From Candidatus Latescibacterota bacterium (lineage in GTDB: Bacteria > Latescibacterota > UBA2968): DNA of 64,000 nucleotides. Shown here in pieces: positions 1-9,143 of this stretch. Numbering within the stretch: position 1 is the first letter of the stretch; each line of letters begins with the position of its first letter. The position numbers were made by a program, and so were the translations under genes. The stretch covers positions 6,080,001 to 6,144,000 of the forward strand of contig OZ244960.1 of assembly GCA_965222605.1 (NCBI GenBank), written 5' to 3'. The notes under the pieces are model-generated. The model was not told the DNA's origin. It saw only the letters and a program-made list of their open reading frames with translations, and ran no database searches.

Positions 1-26
1 GCTTGTTCATGTTTTGAAAGGGATCT

Positions 27-785
27 GTGATGAGAACGCCATTTGTGGCGGGAAATTGGAAGTTAAATAAAACATCTGATGAGGCGGAAACACTTGCGCG
101 ATACGTGGTGGATGCGGTATCGGGTGTGACAGGTGTAGATGTGGCAATATGTCCACCTTTTACGGCGTTGGAACGAGTTTCGAATGTGGTGTGCTGTACT
201 GGCGTAGGGCTGGGTGCTCAGAATATGTACTGGGAGGCTGAGGGGGCTTTTACAGGTGAGGTGTCAGCCCCCATGCTGTTGACTTGCGGTTGTGAATACG
301 TTATATTAGGACACTCTGAAAGACGGCAGTTTTTTGGCGAAACAGACGAGACTGTCAACCGCCGATTAAAAGCTGCCTTGAGTGCTGGTTTGAAGCCTAT
401 TGTATGTATTGGCGAGTCTTTTGACGAGCGTCAGAGCGATGTGACTGAGCAGGTGGTTGAGACGCAAACGCGGGGTGCTTTGGATGGCATATCCGCTGAT
501 GATGCACAGGGCATTACCCTGGCTTATGAGCCTGTTTGGGCCATTGGCACGGGGCTGACGGCGACGCCAGAACAGGCAGAGGCTGTCCATGCGTTTCTCC
601 GGCAGGTATTGGCGCAAATTTATGACGACGATGTCGCGCAGGCGGTTCGCATACAATACGGTGGGTCTGTGAAGCCCGATAATGCGGCGGAGTTGTTTGA
701 GCAGGACAATATCGACGGTGGATTGATCGGTGGGGCTTCGCTGGAAGCTGATGACTTTGCCGCTATTGTGAAAGCGGCTATATAG
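27..785 (+). CDS. tpiA: Triosephosphate isomerase
   Basis: AGNWK, GHSERR, AYEPVWAIGTG, YGGSV and GGASL motifs. Confidence 0.98.
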   Translation: MMRTPFVAGNWKLNKTSDEAETLARYVVDAVSGVTGVDVAICPPFTALERVSNVVCCTGVGLGAQNMYWEAEGAFTGEVSAPMLLTCGCEYVILGHSERRQFFGETDETVNRRLKAALSAGLKPIVCIGESFDERQSDVTEQVVETQTRGALDGISADDAQGITLAYEPVWAIGTGLTATPEQAEAVHAFLRQVLAQIYDDDVAQAVRIQYGGSVKPDNAAELFEQDNIDGGLIGGASLEADDFAAIVKAAI

Positions 786-793
786 AGGGTGAT

Positions 794-1183
794 ATGGAAA
801 TTTTTCTTTTGATTGTTCATGTGATAGTTTGTGCGGTGCTCATTTTGGTTATTTTGATGCAGCCCGGCAGAAGTGGTGGGCTGTCCGGCGGTGCTTTTGG
901 CGGTATGGGTGGTGGCACATCGATGTTTGGCGGTGGTGGTGCCGTGCCTATGTTGGCGAAAGTGACGACGTATGTGGGGATTATTTTTGCGATGACATGT
1001 ATCGGGCTTTGGTACGCGGGGCGTTCGACGGACGTGACACCCTCAACGGCTGCTGAGCGGTTAATGGAAGAAGGGCAGATGCCCATGCAGCAAATTCCTC
1101 AACCTTTGACCTTTCCGGAAACCACTCCCACCGAAGGAACAACCCAGACAGCACCGGCCGATACCGGCAGTACCACGCCGTAG
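794..1183 (+). CDS. secG: Preprotein translocase subunit SecG
   Basis: Two TM helices, ILMQ-Gly-rich loop, conserved tpiA-secG-tRNA-Leu synteny. Confidence 0.93.
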   Translation: MEIFLLIVHVIVCAVLILVILMQPGRSGGLSGGAFGGMGGGTSMFGGGGAVPMLAKVTTYVGIIFAMTCIGLWYAGRSTDVTPSTAAERLMEEGQMPMQQIPQPLTFPETTPTEGTTQTAPADTGSTTP

Positions 1184-1190
1184 ATATTGT

Positions 1191-1277
1191 GCCGAAGTGG
1201 TGGAATTGGTAGACACGCTGTCTTGAGGGGGCAGTACTCGAAAGGGTGTAGGGGTTCGAATCCCCTCTTCGGCACCA
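1191..1277 (+). tRNA. tRNA-Leu (anticodon GAG)
   Basis: GCCGAAG acceptor stem pairs with CTTCGGC-ACCA; D-loop TGGTAGAC; anticodon arm CTGTC-TTGAGGG-GGCAG; long variable arm; GTTCGAATC T-loop; encoded CCA. Confidence 0.96.
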
Positions 1278-1511
1278 CAATAAAAGCAAGGGCTTGTGAT
1301 ATGAATCGCAAGCCCTTTTTCTGTCGATAGGAGTAAAATGCCATGTGTTGGCATATCCTCGCCTTGCTATCCATCGCGCTTCTGATCCAACCACTTCGGG
1401 CCAGTGTCGCGTTACAACAAGACCCCAATCCAGATTTTGATAATAGTGGCGTGGTTGATTTTCCCGACTTTTTGCTATTTGCCGCCAGGTTTGGGGCGCG
1501 CCAGGGCGATG
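1231..1511 (+). repeat. Direct repeat copy 1 (tRNA 3' half, terminator and 5' end of EF-hand gene); attL-like
   Basis: Matches 2820..3100 over 281 bp with about 12 mismatches counted by eye. Confidence 0.93.
1289..1320 (+). terminator. Intrinsic terminator after tRNA-Leu
   Basis: AAGGGCTTGTGAT...ATCGCAAGCCCTTTTT hairpin followed by a T run. Confidence 0.75.
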
Positions 1512-1561
1512 TTAGCTGCAAGCAACGCAAGGTTTCCCAACCACACCACCCCGGCATATAG
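1343..1561 (+). pseudogene. Truncated duplicate of the 5' end of the EF-hand/BNR gene at 2932
   Basis: First ~56 codons are near-identical to the 2932 ORF, then the sequence diverges abruptly at 1511. Confidence 0.85.
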
Positions 1562-1618
1562 CGCACAAAAAACAAAGCAACAACTGCCTCATCTACTAAG
1601 GTTGCATACTTTCAGGGG

Positions 1619-1945
1619 ATGACAACTATGCAGAACGCACATCGACAACAGGAAGTCGTATACCAGTTGACACAGTGGGCAGAACATCAAGACTCGGTTC
1701 GGGCAATGCTCTTAACCAGTACACGCGCCAGTCCTCACGCTCAGGTAGATGTTTTCTCGGACTATGATGCCATTCTGGTGGTTCGAGACATCCGCCCGTT
1801 CTTCGAGAATAGAGCTTGGTTGAGTGCGCTCTACTTTTGCCCCTTTATAGCTCCGCTTTATTGGGGCGCGTTGCCAGCAGCTAACACAGTGTGCCCGATC
1901 CCTTCCGAACCACCACATCCCCACAAATGCAGTTTGATACATTGA
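1619..1945 (+). pseudogene. N-terminal fragment of an aminoglycoside 6-adenylyltransferase-like nucleotidyltransferase
   Basis: WA..VRAMLLTSTRA..VDVFSDYD..VV..F.ENRAWL resembles the AadK/ANT(6) N-terminus; resemblance is lost after ~70 aa. Confidence 0.65.
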
Positions 1946-1976
1946 CATAGCATGGATTCCGTGTTATTATGCTATC

Positions 1977-2270
1977 ATGATTCAATCGTTTCGGCGTGCC
2001 GGCGCAGAGGATATTTTTAATGGACGGGACACACGGGCCGCACGTGGTACTTGTCCATCGCAATTGTGGACTGTAGCTGCGCGAAAGCTCGAACAACTGG
2101 ACTCGGCCGATGAGCTGCGCGACCTACGCAGTCCACCTGGCAATCATCTCGAGGTCTTGCGGGGCAGGCGGTCTGGACAACACAGTATTCGGATCAATGA
2201 CCAATATCGTATTTGCTTTGTATGGTCGGATGCTGGTCCTCAGGATATCGAGATCGTCGACTATCACTAA
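1977..2270 (+). CDS. higB: HigB-family (plasmid maintenance killer) toxin
   Basis: MIQSF...RKLEQLD...DLRSPPGNHLE.LRG.RSGQHSIRINDQYRICF.W...EIVDYH; TTGACA at 1943 upstream. Confidence 0.93.
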   Translation: MIQSFRRAGAEDIFNGRDTRAARGTCPSQLWTVAARKLEQLDSADELRDLRSPPGNHLEVLRGRRSGQHSIRINDQYRICFVWSDAGPQDIEIVDYH

Positions 2271-2292
2271 CGACTAACGAGAGGTGTCGATC

Positions 2293-2607
2293 ATGGTGCG
2301 TATTCCAACAGATCGTGTTCCAACTCATCCCGGTGAGATGCTATTGGAGGAATTTCTGAATCCTTTGAATTTAACGCAGCGCGAATTGGCTTCCGCCATT
2401 CACGTTTCCTATCAAAGGGTCAACGAACTGGTGAACGGTCGACGTGGTATTACTCCGAGCACAGCCCTGCGCCTGGCGAGATATTTCGATGTGTCGCCCG
2501 CGTTTTGGCTGAATCTCCAACTTCGCTGGGATCTATATCATGCCATCCGATCTGATGCCGAGGAACTCGAGGCGATTGAGCCACGTGACATAGGACTTAA
2601 AGTATAA
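2293..2607 (+). CDS. higA: HigA-family HTH antitoxin
   Basis: PTHPGEMLLEEFL.PL...NELVNGRRGITPSTALRLARYF...FWLNLQ, directly downstream of higB. Confidence 0.93.
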   Translation: MVRIPTDRVPTHPGEMLLEEFLNPLNLTQRELASAIHVSYQRVNELVNGRRGITPSTALRLARYFDVSPAFWLNLQLRWDLYHAIRSDAEELEAIEPRDIGLKV

Positions 2608-2819
2608 GGACAAGGCCCCCTCAACCGCCCGCAGGCCACAGCTCCAGGTAACAACACCGTTCATGCATTCTTTATAGGTCTATGCTCTCCAATCTAGTGA
2701 ATGTGAATCGGACAACGCAAGGCGAGCCTCTGTCCAATTATTTTCAGTTAAGTCCTTGTTTTATAGGTAAATATATTAAAAATATAAGGTTGTGAAAACC
2801 TTGTGATGGTTTTGGGGGA

Positions 2820-3100
2820 GCAGTACTCGAAAGGGTGTAGGGGTTCGAATCCCCTCTTCGGCACCAAAATAAAAACAAGGGCTTGTGATATGAATCGCAA
2901 GCCCTTTTTCTGTCGATAGGAGTAAAATGCCATGTGCAGGCATATCCTCGCCTTGCTATCCATCGCGCTTCTGATCCAACCACTTCGAGCCGATGTCGCA
3001 TTAGAACAGGTCCCCAATCCAGATTTTGATAATAGTGGCGTGGTTGATTTTCCCGACTTTTTGCTATTTGTCGCCAGGTTTGGGGCGCGCCAGGGCGATG
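2820..3100 (+). repeat. Direct repeat copy 2, beginning with a displaced 3' half of tRNA-Leu; attR-like
   Basis: GCAGTACTCG...GGCACCA is identical to tRNA nt 1231..1277 but lacks the 5' half; preceded by an AT-rich segment. Confidence 0.93.
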
Positions 3101-4521
3101 AAAAGTATGATGATCGTTTTGATCTGGATGGCGATGGCGAGATTGGATTTGGCGATTTTGTGAATTTTGTCGCAAACTTCGGCAAAACGATCACGCCAAA
3201 TGGGGGGGCGAATCCGACAGTGGGTGATATAAAGATTCTGGGTTCGTTATTTGTCTCATCGGTCTGGGCTGGGCATCCCGTGGGGTTTGACCTGTTGACT
3301 TATGGTGATGTACAATTTGTCGCGTTTTACGATGCCGACCGCAAAATGACGGTGGGGATGCGAAATTTAGATGGCGAAACGTGGACATTTGCACAGCCCA
3401 AAGGTGTATGGTTGGAATATCGAGGCCGCCTGTCGTCGGAAATCGGGTGGGACACTCACAATTATCTAACTATGGCCATTGACGCCGACAATCACATTCA
3501 TTTGAGCGGGAATATGCATGTGGATCCGCTGATTTACTTTCGCACAACGCGGCCACTCGATGTGACGAGTTTTGAGCGCATCGCTTCTATGGTCGGCAAA
3601 AATGAAAATCGCTGTACCTATCCCGTGTTTATGCGCGGTCCGAATAATGAATTGATTTTCCGATATCGAGACGGCAGTAGTGGCAATGCTGTTGAATTTT
3701 ACAATATCTATGATGTCGAGACCAGAACATGGCGGCGGTTGCACGATACCCCGTTATTAGACGGATTGGGTCGGATGAATGCGTACGCGCGCGGGCCTCA
3801 GAAAGGTCCCGATGGGATGTACCACATGGTCTGGATGTGGCGCGATACACCCGATGCTGCAACCAATCACAGTATCTCATATGCCCGCAGCCGCGACCTG
3901 GTCGCCTGGGAAACGGGTGGCGGCGATGCGTTGGATTTACCGATTACAATAGAAAGCGGTGCCATCGTCGATCCCGTGCCGTCGAGGGGAGGGATGATCA
4001 ATATGACGCAGTCATTGGGTTTTGACCACCAGAAACGCCCGGTGATTAGTTATCACAAGCACGATGAGAGTGGATACACGCAAGCCTATTGTGCGCGGTT
4101 GGAATACGGCGAATGGGTCGTGTACAAGGTGAGCGATTGGACCTATCGGTGGGAATTTGGAGGGGGCGGATCAATTGTCGCAGAGATTCGGTTGGGCAGC
4201 GTAAAGGTGGCATCCGATGGGGGCCTGAGTATGAGTTATGTGCATGTAAAAGAAGGACGGGGAATCTGGAGGTTGGATCCCCAAACCCTGCAAGTGATCG
4301 GAACTTATCCGCCGCCTCAGAGTACGGTACCCAGGGAATTGGGGCGGGTGACTTCTCAGTATCCGGGCATGCAGGTCAACACGCGTGGAGCGCGGGGGTC
4401 GGGCACAAGGCCCGGCGAGCGATATATCTTGCGCTGGGAAACGCTGGGTCGCAATCGGGACCTGCCCCGAGAGGAGATCCCACCGCCGAGTGATTTGAGA
4501 CTTTATATTCTCGAGAGATGA
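2932..4521 (+). CDS. Secreted protein with N-terminal paired EF-hand/dockerin-like tag and BNR-repeat (beta-propeller) domain
   Basis: Signal peptide; DFDNSGVVDFPDF and DLDGDGEIGFGDF; WDTHN..HLSGNMH, TYPVF, FRYRDGSSG, SYARSRDL..W. Confidence 0.8.
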   Translation: MCRHILALLSIALLIQPLRADVALEQVPNPDFDNSGVVDFPDFLLFVARFGARQGDEKYDDRFDLDGDGEIGFGDFVNFVANFGKTITPNGGANPTVGDIKILGSLFVSSVWAGHPVGFDLLTYGDVQFVAFYDADRKMTVGMRNLDGETWTFAQPKGVWLEYRGRLSSEIGWDTHNYLTMAIDADNHIHLSGNMHVDPLIYFRTTRPLDVTSFERIASMVGKNENRCTYPVFMRGPNNELIFRYRDGSSGNAVEFYNIYDVETRTWRRLHDTPLLDGLGRMNAYARGPQKGPDGMYHMVWMWRDTPDAATNHSISYARSRDLVAWETGGGDALDLPITIESGAIVDPVPSRGGMINMTQSLGFDHQKRPVISYHKHDESGYTQAYCARLEYGEWVVYKVSDWTYRWEFGGGGSIVAEIRLGSVKVASDGGLSMSYVHVKEGRGIWRLDPQTLQVIGTYPPPQSTVPRELGRVTSQYPGMQVNTRGARGSGTRPGERYILRWETLGRNRDLPREEIPPPSDLRLYILER

Positions 4522-4626
4522 ATATGCCCTTGTTGATGTCTTTCTAAAACAAGTTGTAAAAGCCCGTTTGTTGCGTATATTTTAATGTGCGTAAAATTTC
4601 ATAGGACCCTGAATGGAGAATGCTTT

Positions 4627-5115
4627 ATGAAACGGCTCTATCTCGTGCGGCACGCGAAGTCGGATTGGAGTTATGTCGGGTTGGCTGATTTTGATCGGCC
4701 CCTGAACAAGCGCGGAAGAAGGGACGCAAAGCGCATGGGCAAATATCTGAAGCAGGCATGGAAGATCGAGCCAGATTACGTGTTGTGCAGCACGGCCAAG
4801 CGCGTGCGATCTACGGTCAAGCGATTGCGCAAATCACTCAATTTTTCCAAAAAACGGATTGTATGGCACGAGCGCATTTATTCGGGACATAGTGGGGATG
4901 TGTTGGATTTGATTCGACAGGTCGATAATCGGTATCGAGAGGTTATGGTGATAGGACACAACCCGGATATGACCGTATTGGTCAATAAATTGACGGGATC
5001 TACTATTGCTAATGTGCCGACTTGTGGTGTTGCGGGCATTGATCTGCCGATTGATGATTGGTCAGATGCGGTGTCGGGAGATCTGGTGTTTTTTGAGGTT
5101 CCCAAGTCGATTTGA
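4627..5115 (+). CDS. Histidine phosphatase, SixA family
   Basis: LYLVRHAKS, DRPLN.RG, CSTAKR and GHNP motifs. Confidence 0.9.
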   Translation: MKRLYLVRHAKSDWSYVGLADFDRPLNKRGRRDAKRMGKYLKQAWKIEPDYVLCSTAKRVRSTVKRLRKSLNFSKKRIVWHERIYSGHSGDVLDLIRQVDNRYREVMVIGHNPDMTVLVNKLTGSTIANVPTCGVAGIDLPIDDWSDAVSGDLVFFEVPKSI

Positions 5116-5272
5116 CTTGTCCGTAACTTATCCGAAACTTGATTGTCACAGAATGCGGGTATCTTCGCATCAGTCAGCTTCCGCGTGGGGTCGGTTCTTT
5201 ACTTGAGGATCGGCCCTCGATTTTTTTAGTGGTCAGCAGTCAGTTTTTGCACACAAAAAAGCCGAAATATCC

Positions 5273-6412
5273 TTACATCCCGATCCTGTTTTTTTCGATA
5301 TAATCCCAGTTGATATTCATGCCCAATCCCGGGTGCTGAGGGACGTGCACAAATCCCTGGTCATCCATGGGTTCGCCGTGTTCGTGAAGCCAGGGGGCGT
5401 GTTCGTCGAAGTCTATGAAGGGGTGGAGAAGGCCGCGTTCGTAAAATTCGCCATTGGACATGGCGCACAGGGCGTGCAGGTTGCCTGGTCCGCCCCCGTG
5501 GATTTCGCAGCGCATGCCAAAAGATTCGCACAGGTGAACGGTTTTCATGAGGGGGGTCAGACCGCCCACATCGCCGACGCCGCAGCGGGAAATATCGCAA
5601 GCACCGGCTTTGATCCATTCGGCGCGCACATACATTTTGCCTTCGCAGGTTTCGGGACCACATATCGGTAAGTGCGTTTGCTCACAGAGCCAGATGTATG
5701 ACGACATGCTGTGTTCGTCCATGGGTTCTTCCATCCAGTAATAGTCGAGTTTTTCAAGTCCTTTTGCCAGGGCGAGCGCGGCTTCGCGGTCGTAATAATG
5801 ATAGGGGTCGAGCATGAGGGGTACGTCGGGACCGACGGCTTCGCGCACGGCAGCGCAGGCTTCGAGGTCGCGTTTGACACTGGGAGCACCTTCGTAGGGC
5901 GGCTGCCAGGTGTGGAGTTTGAAGGCGGGATAGCCGCGTTTCATACACCATTCGGCAAAACGGACATAGTCTTCGGGCGTGGCCAAACCGCCTTCGAGGT
6001 CGTCGCCACACATGGTAGAGGCATAGGTGGGTACTTTGTCTCGGTAGCCGCCGAGCAATTTGTAAACGGGTTGGTTGAGGGCACGCCCGGCCAGGTCCCA
6101 GAGGGCGAGGTCAACGGACATGATGACTTTGTCGGTTATCGTGTCTGTGTTGATACGCTGGCGGTGGTTGAGGTCACGCCAGATTTGTTCTCGCATAAAG
6201 GGGTCTTTGCCGATGAGTTCTGGCTTGACCATGTTGTTGATCACCTGAGCATTTGCACCAAACCAGTATCCGGATATGTCTTCGTCGGTTGAAATTTTGA
6301 GCAGGGTTTGAACGGCTTCGCGGTCGGGACCCGGATGCCCGTGTCCATCGCTGTCCTGTTCGGTGTTGGCGATATATTTGAATTGAATAGTTTCGACATC
6401 GGTGATTTTCAA
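5273..6412 (-). CDS. Mandelate racemase/enolase-superfamily dehydratase
   Basis: VDLALWDLAG, PVYKLLGG, KxH, LMLD, WMEEP, PGLG. Confidence 0.92.
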   Translation of the reverse strand: MKITDVETIQFKYIANTEQDSDGHGHPGPDREAVQTLLKISTDEDISGYWFGANAQVINNMVKPELIGKDPFMREQIWRDLNHRQRINTDTITDKVIMSVDLALWDLAGRALNQPVYKLLGGYRDKVPTYASTMCGDDLEGGLATPEDYVRFAEWCMKRGYPAFKLHTWQPPYEGAPSVKRDLEACAAVREAVGPDVPLMLDPYHYYDREAALALAKGLEKLDYYWMEEPMDEHSMSSYIWLCEQTHLPICGPETCEGKMYVRAEWIKAGACDISRCGVGDVGGLTPLMKTVHLCESFGMRCEIHGGGPGNLHALCAMSNGEFYERGLLHPFIDFDEHAPWLHEHGEPMDDQGFVHVPQHPGLGMNINWDYIEKNRIGM

Positions 6413-6424
6413 GGGATGCTCCTT

Positions 6425-7876
6425 TCAATACAGCGGCCTGTAACGCAGGTTGCCGCCTTCTTCCTGTTGTTTTTTGTAATCGGCTTCAAGCGCCTCTCGC
6501 ACCCAGTATTGCGGTGCAGAGACGTAGTTCGATTGGTGTTCCTGGTTGTCGAGCCAGTGTCCGAGCAAGCGGGATTTGAGGTCGTGTTCAACATGGGAGA
6601 GATCCGCGTCGCCCGCGCGGTTGACAAGTTCGTCGGGATCGTTTTCGAGGTCGTAAAGTTCGGCAGATCCATCGGCGTAGTGCGCGTATTTGTAGCGTTC
6701 GGTTCGCACCATAACGCGACCGCCAATTTCGCAAAATGCAGCCTGTCGAATGGTCGCGGTGGGGTCTTTGAATAGTGGGCGAATGTCTTCGCCTTGAAGT
6801 GTACCGGGTGGTTTGGCATCGCAGGCGTGATAAAAAAGCGGGACGAGATCAATGATGCTGACAAGACCCGATGCGCGCTGATGGGCAGGGATATCGGGAC
6901 CGCGAATGATGAGGGGGACGCGAGACATGCAGTCGTAAAAGAAGCCTTTGAAGGGCATACCGTGATCGCCCAGTGCGTCGCCGTGATCGCTGGTGAAGAT
7001 GATGAGGGTATCGTCGAGTACGCGATGGGCTTCGAGTGCGGAGATGATTTTGCCAATGCCTTCGTCAATCAGGCTGATGTTGGCGTAGTAGTGCTCGCGC
7101 CATTTGCGGTAGTGCTCTGGCGTGGCCTGTGAATAGTCCAGGCGAAACATGGAGTTGGACAGGCTGCCGCTACCTCGGTCCCTTTGTGCGGGTGGTTTGT
7201 CGGCGAGTTCTTCTGCGGAGCCGACGGGTTCTGGAATGGGTGCGTCGGCATACATAAGGGCCATGTCTTCTGGGGGATCGTAGGGGTCGTGTGGTCCGGG
7301 AAAGCTGACCCAGGCGGCAAAGGGATCGCTCCCATTTTTTTGGAGCCATTCGGCTGCCTGGTCACCGACAAAGCCATCGACGTGGAATTTGCGGTCACGC
7401 GGTGTGATGGATGCGCCCAGATTTTCGTAATAACCCGGCAATGTGGTGGGGTGCGGCCGGTCGAGGCCGTGTGCAGCGAGAAATTGTACGTGGTGGTCGG
7501 GCAGGTATATGTGCCGTTTGTCTTCGGCCATGATGCGTTCGTCAAAGCCCTGAAGCGAATCCCAGGGATGAAAGTGCATTTTGCCAATGGCTGCGGTGCG
7601 TCGTCCAGTTTGTGCTATGACACGCGGCCATGTCGGCACATGATCGGGCAACCAGTTGCCATTGCCTGTCACGCCTGTCACGCTGGGGTATTGACCGCTC
7701 ATGATGGACGCGCGGCAAGGTACGCATACAGGGGATGGGACAATGCAATGGTCAAATACCATGCCTTCGCGTGCAAGACGGTCGAGGTTGGGGGTTTGCA
7801 TAAAGTCGAGGCCGTAACAGGGCAGGCTGTCCCAGCGCTGTTGATCGGTGGTAATTAAAAGGAGATTGCGAGCCAT
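6425..7876 (-). CDS. Sulfatase (FGly type)
   Basis: Start MARNLLLITTDQQ; CVPCRASIMSG (CxPxR), GKMH, GPHDP, FTSDHG, ELYDL. Confidence 0.93.
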   Translation of the reverse strand: MARNLLLITTDQQRWDSLPCYGLDFMQTPNLDRLAREGMVFDHCIVPSPVCVPCRASIMSGQYPSVTGVTGNGNWLPDHVPTWPRVIAQTGRRTAAIGKMHFHPWDSLQGFDERIMAEDKRHIYLPDHHVQFLAAHGLDRPHPTTLPGYYENLGASITPRDRKFHVDGFVGDQAAEWLQKNGSDPFAAWVSFPGPHDPYDPPEDMALMYADAPIPEPVGSAEELADKPPAQRDRGSGSLSNSMFRLDYSQATPEHYRKWREHYYANISLIDEGIGKIISALEAHRVLDDTLIIFTSDHGDALGDHGMPFKGFFYDCMSRVPLIIRGPDIPAHQRASGLVSIIDLVPLFYHACDAKPPGTLQGEDIRPLFKDPTATIRQAAFCEIGGRVMVRTERYKYAHYADGSAELYDLENDPDELVNRAGDADLSHVEHDLKSRLLGHWLDNQEHQSNYVSAPQYWVREALEADYKKQQEEGGNLRYRPLY

Positions 7877-8062
7877 AAAGTGCTCCAGAATAAAGGTGAG
7901 TTCAGGTGGATCAAAAGGACGGGACAAGATAGGATGGAGAAATAGGTATGGCAAAGTATTTCTGTTGGTCAGGTCAAAGGAATTGACGTTGACGCCAATA
8001 AGTTTTATGTTCAGGAATTGAACCCCACCCAATTTAGCGTCTGTTTGTCCAGGAGGCTTGCA

Positions 8063-8128
8063 ATGTTACAGGAATTTCGTGTCGATAATTTTAAGTCTTT
8101 GATTAATTTGGACGGGATTTTTGTATAG
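8063..8128 (+). pseudogene. N-terminal stub of an ABC/AAA-type ATPase
   Basis: AGGAGG RBS, then MLQEFRVDNFKSLINL.. (the NFKS start typical of AAA_15/AAA_21 ATPases), stopping after 21 codons. Confidence 0.45.
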
Positions 8129-8142
8129 GTAATGCTAGGTTT

Positions 8143-8355
8143 GTGAACCAGATTGCCATTGAGGCAACAGCGGACAATGTTGGCCCATTCTCCGATAGCG
8201 GTGATAGCGGAAGCGGTGTGTTGAACGACCGCCATGAACTCGTGGGCCTATTATTCGCCGGAAGTCCGGGGCGCACGTTGGTGAACCCGATTGCGGACGT
8301 GATTAATGAATTGCGCAATGCAACAGGTTTAAACCTGGATGTGGTTACTGGTTGA
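8143..8355 (+). pseudogene. C-terminal fragment of a trypsin-like serine protease
   Basis: FSDSGDSGSGV...VGLLFAGS contains the catalytic Ser motif; the His/Asp half is absent. Confidence 0.7.
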
Positions 8356-8367
8356 AGGAGGTACATA

Positions 8368-8658
8368 ATGAGACGAGCGACATTTAGCGAACTCCAAAAT
8401 TTACTGACGGCGAGACCAGCAAGAATTTTGGCCGAAATCGACAGTGCGGATGCACAGTTATCGATCCCCCTTGATGGACAAGGGGTGCGAGTCCTGGTGG
8501 AGACACGAACGGACAGCGAAGCTGAGCGTGTTCCTTCCTCGCTGCGCGTGTCGATTGGTGGCGAGCTAGTAGATGTTCCCCTGGAAGCGCGGGCAACGGC
8601 GCAAGACTACGAATTGTTGGATACCGTACAATCGCTAAACCTGACCTCGATGCAGTGA
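8368..8658 (+). CDS. Hypothetical protein
   Basis: AAGGAGG RBS 7 nt upstream; follows the protease fragment. Confidence 0.55.
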   Translation: MRRATFSELQNLLTARPARILAEIDSADAQLSIPLDGQGVRVLVETRTDSEAERVPSSLRVSIGGELVDVPLEARATAQDYELLDTVQSLNLTSMQ

Positions 8659-8731
8659 GGTGGCTGACATCATGATGAAATGCTCATTGGACAAATTCTG
8701 AAAAATTCTCCTGTAAGCACAGAGGAAGAAA

Positions 8732-9001
8732 ATGGATCAAAATGAACGAGGAACGATAAAGGATATTGTTAAAGTGATCTATCACTCCAGGGGTGACTGG
8801 CGCACGCCAGGGGGCATAGCGAGAGATCTCGAAATTCCTTCTGAAACAGTAACCCAAATCATCAAAGACCATCGAGAATTTTTTATTTTACCAGATGACG
8901 AGCCTGCGAAATTTGCTTTTCTTCCCAGCGGTTTCGATGCTGTGTCACTCACTGATCGTGCGCGAGATTTATATCTCCAGGAGCTAACGCTGAGTTCATA
9001 G
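8732..9001 (+). CDS. Hypothetical protein, possible winged helix
   Basis: GAGG RBS; WRTPGGIARDLEIPSETV is HTH-like. Confidence 0.5.
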   Translation: MDQNERGTIKDIVKVIYHSRGDWRTPGGIARDLEIPSETVTQIIKDHREFFILPDDEPAKFAFLPSGFDAVSLTDRARDLYLQELTLSS

Positions 9002-9143
9002 CAAACGATGTATCCCAGAGTGTTGTGGCCCTTATACCACATAACCACCCCTCAAAAAAAAATCGTAACCCCCCCGGGAAAACCCAAAACCCCCACCCCT
9101 CTCCCACTTCTACACAAGAGGTAAAGATGTAAGGAGACAAGAG

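Noticed and set aside
1511-1535. Integron attC/GTTRRRY core at the island junction (GTTAGCT)
   Set aside because: No matching inverse core, attC hairpin or integrase could be found, and a 7-mer match is expected by chance.
2820-2866. Second tRNA-Leu gene
   Set aside because: Only the 3' half is present, with no D arm or anticodon arm; it is an att-like remnant.
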